The position numbers were made by a program, and so were the translations under genes. DNA of 64,000 bases from Candidatus Cloacimonadales bacterium. GTDB lineage: Bacteria; Cloacimonadota; Cloacimonadia; Cloacimonadales; JAFGVF01. Position 1 is the stretch's first letter; each line of letters starts with the position of its first letter. This document shows, in pieces, positions 52,763-60,737 of this stretch. Location: the NCBI GenBank assembly GCA_963678315.1, contig OY782781.1:2784001-2848000 (forward strand), written 5' to 3'. The notes under the pieces are model-generated. The model was not told where the DNA came from, did not search any database, and saw nothing but the letters and a program-made list of their open reading frames with translations.

Positions 52763-53914
52763 TTAATTTGCTTGTTCTAAAGAGAATCTGAATTTTGTTC
52801 CAATTCCAATTTTACTATTTACATAGATAGTAGAACCATTTGCTTCAATAAACTTCTTAACGAGGGCTAAACCTAGCCCATTCCCATTTGTTTTCTTAGT
52901 AAAATATGGATTAAATATTCTTGAGATATCCTCTCTTTCAATCCCGCAACCATAATCTTCCACACAAACAATGATAAGTCCATGTTCCTCATACAATCTT
53001 ATATCAATAGGTGTTTCCCTATCAGTGGCATCAATTGCATTTTGCAGAATGTTAGTGATTATCTGATAGAAATGTTGAGGATCAAAGTTAGCGTATAAAG
53101 ACTTATCAAGATTTAGATTAATAATATATTCATCATTGTAAGAGTCAACAATGCTTGCAAGAGTTTCAGCAGGATTAAATTTCTCTTTTTCGGGAACTAC
53201 TAATTTAGTAAATGTAGAGAAATTTTTAGCTATAGTTAAGAGGTTTTGCACCTCATTTTGAATAATTTCTTGTGCTTGTGGGTAATAATCATAGAAACTT
53301 TGTTTATCTCTAGAATACTTTTCTTCTAGTCTTTGAAGAGCAAGCTGAATTGGAGTTAATGGGTTTTTAATTTCATGTGCTAAGGCTCGAGAAAGGTCTT
53401 TCCAAATTGCCTGTTTCTCTGACTCAATCAATTTATCTCTTGTATTAGAGAGCTCCTTAGACATCAAATTAAAAGACTTTTTTAATTCTCTTAGTTCTTT
53501 GATTCCTTTAATCGGAAGGTTTATATCATAGTAGCCTTTCTGTATCAGTTCAGTTGCTTTTTGAAGTTGAATGAGGGGGTTACTAAACTTGAGTACCAAC
53601 AATATAAACAATACTACAGCTACTAATGCAATTAAAAATATAAATAACCATGAGTAACTTTGAACTTCTATGTAAGTAGTTGTTGTTAGTGCTTTAGCTT
53701 GATTTATCTGATTTAAAATATCTCTAGCAACCAATGAATCTTCTGCTGTTCTAAAAGTAACATCTCTTAAAGAAGAACCATCAATATTCTCGAAGGCATT
53801 GGTGATAACTTTTTGTTGGTTTAAAAATATCTGATTTACAATATATAAGCTACCAGTAAATAGTACTAAAAAAATCAAAATGAAGTAAAATCTCAAGCCA
53901 AAGTTTAGTTTCAT
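52763..53914 (-). CDS. HAMP-domain sensor histidine kinase (NtrY-like)
   Basis: Two TM helices, HAMP, AWKDLSRALAHEIKNPLTPIQL-type H-box, GNGLGL. Confidence 0.9.
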   Translation of the reverse strand: MKLNFGLRFYFILIFLVLFTGSLYIVNQIFLNQQKVITNAFENIDGSSLRDVTFRTAEDSLVARDILNQINQAKALTTTTYIEVQSYSWLFIFLIALVAVVLFILLVLKFSNPLIQLQKATELIQKGYYDINLPIKGIKELRELKKSFNLMSKELSNTRDKLIESEKQAIWKDLSRALAHEIKNPLTPIQLALQRLEEKYSRDKQSFYDYYPQAQEIIQNEVQNLLTIAKNFSTFTKLVVPEKEKFNPAETLASIVDSYNDEYIINLNLDKSLYANFDPQHFYQIITNILQNAIDATDRETPIDIRLYEEHGLIIVCVEDYGCGIEREDISRIFNPYFTKKTNGNGLGLALVKKFIEANGSTIYVNSKIGIGTKFRFSLEQAN

Positions 53915-53922
53915 TGATCCTC

Positions 53923-54471
53923 TTATTGAGCGTAATTAATATTCACACGTTCTTTTATTTGGGGTTGTTTATTCTTCCATAAGAGCATGAGATTGAATTC
54001 TTTATCCATTTGTTCAAAATATACTTCATCTAAATAGGAACGTATGGTGATAACATAATTATCAACACTCCTCATTCTGTTAAATTCCCACTCAATCTTG
54101 GATAATTCATCAATAAGGATGTCATAGCTTTGACATATATAGGTCTTGTTGATCTCACTTTTCTTCAATAGAAATGTATCTTCAAGAGAATTATATATCA
54201 CATCATGAGTGAAATACTCTTCTTCTATCTTAGATCCAGCTACCTCAACTGTAACAATGAAATTTACTGATATCTCCTTACCTATTTTAAACAATTTATC
54301 AAAATCATTTTCAAATGCAGACTCCAATCTAGATTCAACTACAATAGTATTACTATCATAACTAAAATAGATATGAGAGAAAGAAGCATCATTCCCTTCA
54401 TAGGAAGAGAACAATAACAAGGTAAATGTCATCAAGCCTTTTACAATACTATTTCCAAACGATTCAAACAC
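53923..54471 (-). CDS. exported protein, DUF4390-like
   Basis: Hydrophobic N-terminus; lies directly upstream of the NtrY/NtrX-like pair; likely GTG start after AAGGAG. Confidence 0.55.
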   Translation of the reverse strand: MFESFGNSIVKGLMTFTLLLFSSYEGNDASFSHIYFSYDSNTIVVESRLESAFENDFDKLFKIGKEISVNFIVTVEVAGSKIEEEYFTHDVIYNSLEDTFLLKKSEINKTYICQSYDILIDELSKIEWEFNRMRSVDNYVITIRSYLDEVYFEQMDKEFNLMLLWKNKQPQIKERVNINYAQ

Positions 54472-54544
54472 ATCATACTCCTTAATGCTTATTATCAGCT
54501 GATGCAAAATTTAGGCAAGATTTTTTTATTCCAATTATGTGAAA

Positions 54545-54618
54545 GCCCAACTTTTCTTCCTCACTTGTAGTTGATCTCTCTGAGATTTTAACCACACTAT
54601 CAAGAAGAAAAGTCGGGC
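54545..54618 (-). other. long imperfect RNA hairpin
   Basis: GCCCGACUUUUCUUC...GAAGAAAAGUUGGGC with inner UGUGGUU/AACUACA and AUCUC/GAGAU stems; G-U pairs favour the minus strand. Confidence 0.55.
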
Positions 54619-54653
54619 AGGAAGGATATATTAATACTACTTGCTATGTTAAT

Positions 54654-55826
54654 TTAGAATTCAATCCATGGACCAACTGAGAACATTAAACCGTCACATT
54701 TAGTTTCTGGAGAATTGATTATTCCATAGTCAGAACCTTTCCATGAAGATTCTGGACTATAACCCATTACATAAGATACTTCACCTCTAATTCCAACCCA
54801 TGATAGAATTGGTATGTATAAATCAGCTCTTGGTTGGAAAATCACATAATCTCTACTCATACTCATTGAATTATTTGCTGAGCTATTGAAATCATCATTG
54901 AAGTTATCCCAATCATAATCGCCATTAGTTTGTGAGAATTTTAAAGTTTGTGACCCACCACCGAGTAAAAAACCGATACCAGGCTGAAAATACTTAGTAA
55001 AATAGATTCTTTTATCCAAAGTAATACCTGCAAAACCGTTTTCGTAATCCATTTTCCTAAGTACGTTTTCGTTGGTATCAGTAAGGAGATAATTGACTTT
55101 ATCATCTGTTTCATACCAATTCCACTCACCTCCAAGATAAAATCCACTACCAACATGGATACGAAATCCAAAACCGTTAGTGAACATCCCCTCATCTAGA
55201 TCTTGAAAGCCCATTTGATCTAGCATTCCATTTACATGATCAATATCATCTAGTTGATAGTATCTAGGAATCCAGTTTATAGCAATACTGTTCCATTCAA
55301 CTTTATCTTTCTCTTCATCAAAACTTACTTCAATATTCTTGTTAGGTCTTTGACCAAATGTGAATTGAATACTTTTGTGTTCTTTATTAGAGAAAATCTT
55401 CATTTCAACTGTTTCCCCAGCTTTAAATCTCTTGAGATAATCCGTGAAGTCATAGTCATCTATGATTTTCTTACCATTTATCTCATAAATAATATCATCT
55501 TTATACAACTTTTGATTAAAAGCAGGACCATCTTCCACTACACCTGTCAAAATCACACCATAATTTAAATCGTAACCTAACCTACGAACATCCTCTAATT
55601 CTAAATCATCAGGAAAAACTCCTAAATATGCTTTTGCAGAGTCTTCACCATCTTTAATCTTAATTGTTACAACGCCTTCACTAGCCTTAGATTCCATCTT
55701 CTTTTCTAGTTCTTCACCAAATTTCTCCATGTCTTCACCAAATTTCTCCATCTTCTCTTCAAAAGATTGAGCAAGCATTGGTAAACTCACTAAAACAAGG
55801 ACTGTAATTATTAAAAACTTTTTCAT
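54654..55826 (-). CDS. PDZ-domain protein with a probable C-terminal outer-membrane beta-barrel
   Basis: Signal peptide, EKFGE(D/E) repeats, AYLGV...GPA...DIIYEING PDZ domain, amphipathic strands ending in Phe. Confidence 0.7.
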   Translation of the reverse strand: MKKFLIITVLVLVSLPMLAQSFEEKMEKFGEDMEKFGEELEKKMESKASEGVVTIKIKDGEDSAKAYLGVFPDDLELEDVRRLGYDLNYGVILTGVVEDGPAFNQKLYKDDIIYEINGKKIIDDYDFTDYLKRFKAGETVEMKIFSNKEHKSIQFTFGQRPNKNIEVSFDEEKDKVEWNSIAINWIPRYYQLDDIDHVNGMLDQMGFQDLDEGMFTNGFGFRIHVGSGFYLGGEWNWYETDDKVNYLLTDTNENVLRKMDYENGFAGITLDKRIYFTKYFQPGIGFLLGGGSQTLKFSQTNGDYDWDNFNDDFNSSANNSMSMSRDYVIFQPRADLYIPILSWVGIRGEVSYVMGYSPESSWKGSDYGIINSPETKCDGLMFSVGPWIEF

Positions 55827-55873
55827 AATTTCCTCCAATTATTAATTTTTCTAAACAACCTATCCATTATAAA

Positions 55874-55889
55874 TGCAAGCCTTGTTCCA
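55874..55889 (-). promoter_or_regulatory. sigma-54 (-24/-12) promoter
   Basis: TGGAACAAGGCTTGCA on the minus strand: GG-N10-GC spacing, ~48 nt upstream of the ATG. Confidence 0.7.
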
Positions 55890-55965
55890 CTCTATCCTTT
55901 TCTTTATATCCCACTGTATTACATATTCTTATGTGTTTTTAATAATATTTGCATGCGTCTAATCG

Positions 55966-56011
55966 TATCATTTTAATATCAAAATGATATAGCTTAAATA
56001 TATTTTTGATA
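55966..56011. promoter_or_regulatory. putative enhancer-binding-protein sites
   Basis: TATCATTTTAATA (55966), TATCAAAATGATA (55977), TATATTTTTGATA (55999); offsets of 11 and 22 bp. Confidence 0.5.
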
Positions 56012-56066
56012 TAGCAATATTGCTACCTTTAGGTTATTGTGGTCATCATTCATCAAGAATGATATT

Positions 56067-56163
56067 TTCGCAAGCAGGGACTGTGACAGGCGAAGACTGT
56101 TGCTTGCAATCCAAATATATTTCGTAGCCAGGGATCGTGTCAGGCTAAGACTGATGGCTACAA
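56067..56163. repeat. two REP-like palindromes with a loop insert
   Basis: GCAAGCA-[GGGACTGTGACAGGCGAAGACTGT]-TGCTTGC and GTAGCCA-[GGGATCGTGTCAGGCTAAGACTGA]-TGGCTAC. Confidence 0.7.
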
Positions 56164-56172
56164 TTGTCGAGT

Positions 56173-56465
56173 CCTAAATAATTTGACTATTTTTCGTGTT
56201 ATTCGTGCTTTTCGTGGTAAACTTCTCTTTCTACAATTAACTCTTATGTCGCCCTTTCAGGGCTTGATTTTTATTTCTAAATTACATGGGGTACAAGACC
56301 CCATGCTAATATATGTCACCCCTTTGGGGTTTTTATGGATAGCAACTCCTCAATTCTCCAATCTCCATCCATTCTGCATTCTCAATTATAATTATCCAAT
56401 AGCTCCTAACTGCCTCATTGCCCTTGCCCCTCCTGCATAAAAAGGCAATTTAATGCAGGAGGCTA
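56173..56465. repeat. mosaic REP/BIME-like element, family 2 copy B
   Basis: Direct repeat of 42766-43053. Confidence 0.85.
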
Positions 56466-56505
56466 GTTAGTATCTTGTATTTTAGTAGTAATATTTACAA
56501 GTTCT

Positions 56506-56568
56506 GGACTAGTCTAAATGTAAATGACTAAGTTTTTTTTGATTATCTTTAAGATATAGTGTATAAAT
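56506..56568 (+). promoter_or_regulatory. 63-bp duplicated promoter block, copy 1
   Basis: 62/63 identical to 57655-57717; contains TTGATT-17-TATAAA. Confidence 0.75.
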
Positions 56569-56658
56569 AGAATTGTTTGTTAGACCACCATCAGATTATT
56601 TAATTAGGTTGACACCTTTTAATTAATCGAGTATCTAGCATATATAGAACGTTGGGGG

Positions 56659-57567
56659 ATGGATATGAAATTTGCATTGTTGAGTCTTTTTATTGTCAGT
56701 GTAATGATTTTAGTTTCAGGTTGTGGATTATTTTATGAAGAGCTAGGTACTTCTAACACAAGAGCTCACTCTTTAGGAATAAAACAGAGTGTTGTCACCA
56801 AACCACATGGTAGCTTAACATTACAAGTAGAATTCAGTGACATGTCTTACATAGATCAAATCACTGAAGAGTGGCACTATCATGAAGGATGGGAAGAAGA
56901 AGCACCTTATGTCTCAAATGTACTATCACAACCCCAAAAAGTAACTAAGCATAAGAGAGCAATATCTTTAGAAGTTGCCATAACAGATAAGCTAACAATG
57001 ATTAGTGGATTATCATCGGGTGAATTAATGGGTATAGATGTAGAAGGTGATTCTCTTTGGACAAGACTATCAATGAAAGAAGCTGAGTATACAACTTTTG
57101 ATGGAATTTCAGTTGGTGCAAAATACAGATTAATTGATGCAAGAGATGACCTTAGTCTCTCAATATATGGTAATTATGAGCGTTTAAGTTTTAACACACC
57201 ATCTTTATTTGATTCTGATAGTCAAGAAGTTACTGCAGGAATAATAACAGGTTATCAATCATCCAATAGAAATTTTGTTTCCCCCAGCTTAGCTCTGTTT
57301 TACACTGGTACTTTCAATGATGCGAAATCAACTCTAGGGAATGTTCCTTTAAAACGAGAAATCTATTGTGTTGGTAGTGAAGCAAACATAATGTTTCAAG
57401 GTAAGAGAGCTTTTCTAATAGCAGGTATTGGCATTCAACAGCGTCTAGGTGAAATGCGAGAATTTGGTGACTATGATTTTTATTCTTATTTTAGATACGG
57501 TTATGATATACTTTCAGGCTTAGAAAGGGAGTTTAAGAATATTGAAGCAGATAATAAAAAACAATAG
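56659..57567 (+). CDS. lipoprotein, probable beta-barrel-like fold, paralogue 1
   Basis: Lipobox VSGC; amphipathic beta strands; clearly paralogous to 57758-58675. Confidence 0.7.
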   Translation: MDMKFALLSLFIVSVMILVSGCGLFYEELGTSNTRAHSLGIKQSVVTKPHGSLTLQVEFSDMSYIDQITEEWHYHEGWEEEAPYVSNVLSQPQKVTKHKRAISLEVAITDKLTMISGLSSGELMGIDVEGDSLWTRLSMKEAEYTTFDGISVGAKYRLIDARDDLSLSIYGNYERLSFNTPSLFDSDSQEVTAGIITGYQSSNRNFVSPSLALFYTGTFNDAKSTLGNVPLKREIYCVGSEANIMFQGKRAFLIAGIGIQQRLGEMREFGDYDFYSYFRYGYDILSGLEREFKNIEADNKKQ

Positions 57568-57654
57568 ATAATCACGTTTTAATACAGATTTAACTTAAAT
57601 AATTCTAACAAACGTTAAACTAATATTCTATTTCAGGAATAATGTTCGTTTTGG

Positions 57655-57717
57655 GGACTAGTCTAAATGTAAATGATTAAGTTTTTTTTGATTATCTTTA
57701 AGATATAGTGTATAAAT
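57655..57717 (+). promoter_or_regulatory. 63-bp duplicated promoter block, copy 2
   Basis: 62/63 identical to 56506-56568. Confidence 0.75.
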
Positions 57718-57757
57718 CAATCTATAAGAGTAATATTAAGCGAATTGGGAGAGTATA

Positions 57758-58675
57758 ATGAAATCATCATTTTTGTTTTTTTTATGTATCATTGGCATTC
57801 TGCTAACATCAGGGTGTGGAGTAATTGATTTTTCTGAAAAATATGGAGCTTCAAACACCAGGGCACATTCATTAGGAATTAAGCAAAGTGTTGTAACAAA
57901 ACCACACGGAACTTTGTCCTTACAAGTTGAATTTAGTGATATGTCATATATTGATCAAATTACTGATGAGTGGCATTATGTTGATTGGTGGGAATTCGAA
58001 AATGAGCCATACGTTACAAATGTTTTATCACAACCTAAAGAAGCAAGTAAAGATAAGAAAGGCTTATCCATGGAAGTAGCTTTAACAGACAGACTGACAA
58101 TTTCTAGTGGATTTTCTTTTGGTGATTTAGAAGGCTTGAGAGTTGAAGGTGATTCTATTTGGTCTAGGGCCTCAAATGAAGAGCTGACAGGGGTAGAGAT
58201 TACATCATTTAATGGAATTTCTATCGGGGGAAAGTATCGATTAATTGACACTAGAGATGACTTAAGCCTCTCAATATATGCTTCTTATGAAAAAATGAAC
58301 TTTGATACTCCCAGCAAATATTTTGAATCTGAAAGTCAAGAAATTACAGCTGGTTTAATAACTGGTTACCAGATTGATAAACCAACATTTATTGCACCAA
58401 GTCTAGCTCTTTTTTACACTGGCACATTCAATGAAGCCCGATCATCTTTTGGCAACATACCTCATGATAGAGAAATTTATTGTGTTGGTACAGAAGCCAA
58501 TCTGCTTTTCCAAGCTCCTCGTGTATTCTTATTGGCTGGCCTAGGAGCTCAACAACGCTTGGGAGAAATGAGAGATTTCGGAGACATGGATGTTTATTCC
58601 TTTGTGAAAGTTGGTATTGATATACTTTCTGGATTTAAAAGAGAATTTGCAGACAAAGAATCTAAGGAAAATTGA
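57758..58675 (+). CDS. lipoprotein, probable beta-barrel-like fold, paralogue 2
   Basis: Lipobox TSGC; shares SNTRAHSLGIKQSVVTKPHG and QQRLGEMR with paralogue 1. Confidence 0.7.
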   Translation: MKSSFLFFLCIIGILLTSGCGVIDFSEKYGASNTRAHSLGIKQSVVTKPHGTLSLQVEFSDMSYIDQITDEWHYVDWWEFENEPYVTNVLSQPKEASKDKKGLSMEVALTDRLTISSGFSFGDLEGLRVEGDSIWSRASNEELTGVEITSFNGISIGGKYRLIDTRDDLSLSIYASYEKMNFDTPSKYFESESQEITAGLITGYQIDKPTFIAPSLALFYTGTFNEARSSFGNIPHDREIYCVGTEANLLFQAPRVFLLAGLGAQQRLGEMRDFGDMDVYSFVKVGIDILSGFKREFADKESKEN

Positions 58676-58677
58676 TA

Positions 58678-58865
58678 TTCGTAAGCAAGCACTGTGACAT
58701 GCGAAGACTGTAGTTTACAACCCAAAAGCTTTACAAGCAAGATTATTGCTGTCCCAGATAAGTACTTTCTTAGGAGTGTAAGCATCCCTGCTTACACTAA
58801 AACTAGCTTTTTTTCCTTAGCTAGGAACATACAATCCTAATTGTTTGCAAGCAAAATGCTTGCGG
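58678..58865. repeat. cluster of REP-like palindromes
   Basis: GTAAGCA unit with loop insert at 58681, AGTGTAAGCA-TCCC-TGCTTACACT at 58775, GCAAGCA-AAA-TGCTTGC at 58847. Confidence 0.7.
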
Positions 58866-59022
58866 TAGTAATTCATGTTAGTATTCTACTAAACAGCAAT
58901 ATTTTCATTTATAGTTTGACACTAAAGTAGTGAAAAAGAAAGTGACCTTAATAATTAATGACAATTCAATTTAACTACAATCAATTGTCAGAAGATTGCA
59001 ATAAAAAAACAAAGGTTAGTGA

Positions 59023-60735
59023 ATGATTTACTTTAAAGATTTAGCTCTTAAAGAAGAGATTAAAAGAGCATTAGAAACAATAGAATTTGTTTCACCGACT
59101 CCGATACAGGAACAAACAATTCCTTATATATTGGAGAATAAGCAAGATTTGATTGCTTTAGCGCAAACAGGGACTGGCAAGACTGCTGGTTTTGGTTTAC
59201 CTGTAATAAATATGATTGACGAGAACTCAAAAGATGTTCAAGCTTTTATATTATGTCCGACAAGAGAGTTATGCTTACAGATAGCAAAGGACTTAGACAA
59301 ATTCTCCAAATTTATACGTGGAATCAATGTTGTAGCTGTATATGGCGGAGCCAGTGTTCCTAATCAACTTAGAGAGTTAAAACGTGGTGCTAACATAGTT
59401 GTTGGTACACCTGGAAGAGTTAATGACTTCATACAGAGAAAGAGTCTAGATGTCTCAAAAGTTAAGTGGTTAGTTTTAGATGAAGCTGATGAGATGTTAA
59501 ACATGGGATTCAAGGAAGAGTTAGATCAAATTCTAGCAAACACTCCTTCTGAAAAACAGACACTTCTTTTCTCTGCAACCATGCCTAGAGAAATTCAAAG
59601 AATCGCCAATGAATATATGAAAGAACCTCATGAAATTACAACAGGTTCTAAGAATATGGGTGCTGACACAGTTGCACATCATATATATACAGTTAGATCA
59701 AAAGATAGATATGCTGCTCTTAAAAGAATTGCAGATATGAACCCAAATATCTATAGTATAGTTTTCTGTAGAACAAGACGTGAAACTCAAGAGATTGCAG
59801 AGAAATTACAATTTGATGGTTATAATGCTGATTCTTTACATGGTGAACTATCACAGTCAATAAGAGAAACAGTGATGAACAAGTTCCGTAATCGTCATAT
59901 TCAGCTTCTGGTTGCTACTGATGTTGCAGCAAGAGGATTGGATATCAATGATTTAACTCATGTAATAAACTACGGGCTTCCTGATGAAGCAGATACTTAT
60001 GTTCATAGATCTGGTAGAACTGGTAGAGCTGGTAAGAGTGGTATTTGTATCAGTATTACCCACACAAAAGAGGGTAGAAAATTAAAGCAAATTGAAAGAA
60101 GATTACAAAAAAATCTTGAGCATAAAGAAGTACCATCAGGTAGAGAGATTTGTGAAAAGCAACTATTTAATCTTATTGATACTGTTCAAAAAGTTGAGGT
60201 TAATGATGAAGAGATTAATCCATTCATGGAAGTTATCTTCAAAAAGCTTTCATGGTTAGAACGTGAAGATTTGATTAAGCACTTTGTAGCAGTTGAATTT
60301 AACAAGTTCTTAGAATACTACAAAGGCGCAAATGATATAAACTATCATAGAGAATCTAGATCTCGTAGAGATGACGATAGAGACAGCCGTGGCAGAGATA
60401 GTAGAAGAGATGGTAGAAGAGATAGGAATAGGGATGACCGCCCAAGAGATAATAGAGAAGAAGGAAGAAGAGAACCAAGAAAGGTAAGAGCTCAACAAGG
60501 TTATACTAGATTCTTCATGAATGTTGGTACAGAACAATCACTATCAAAACCAAAGTTAATTGGTATTATTAATGATTTAAATCTTGCTCCTAGAATAGAT
60601 ATTGGAAAAATTGATTTAAAAGGAAACTTCTCTTTCTTTGAGATTGAAAGTAAATATGAAACTGCTATATTGAAGAAATTTAAACGTGGCGTTAGATTTA
60701 ATCAGAATAGAGTTAGAATTGAAATTGCAAAGTAG
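59023..60735 (+). CDS. DEAD-box RNA helicase (DeaD/CshA-like, with a DbpA-type RNA-binding domain)
   Basis: Q motif, AQTGTGKT, PTREL, DEAD, SAT, HRSGRTGRAG, R/D-rich linker. Confidence 0.93.
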   Translation: MIYFKDLALKEEIKRALETIEFVSPTPIQEQTIPYILENKQDLIALAQTGTGKTAGFGLPVINMIDENSKDVQAFILCPTRELCLQIAKDLDKFSKFIRGINVVAVYGGASVPNQLRELKRGANIVVGTPGRVNDFIQRKSLDVSKVKWLVLDEADEMLNMGFKEELDQILANTPSEKQTLLFSATMPREIQRIANEYMKEPHEITTGSKNMGADTVAHHIYTVRSKDRYAALKRIADMNPNIYSIVFCRTRRETQEIAEKLQFDGYNADSLHGELSQSIRETVMNKFRNRHIQLLVATDVAARGLDINDLTHVINYGLPDEADTYVHRSGRTGRAGKSGICISITHTKEGRKLKQIERRLQKNLEHKEVPSGREICEKQLFNLIDTVQKVEVNDEEINPFMEVIFKKLSWLEREDLIKHFVAVEFNKFLEYYKGANDINYHRESRSRRDDDRDSRGRDSRRDGRRDRNRDDRPRDNREEGRREPRKVRAQQGYTRFFMNVGTEQSLSKPKLIGIINDLNLAPRIDIGKIDLKGNFSFFEIESKYETAILKKFKRGVRFNQNRVRIEIAK

Positions 60736-60737
60736 GA

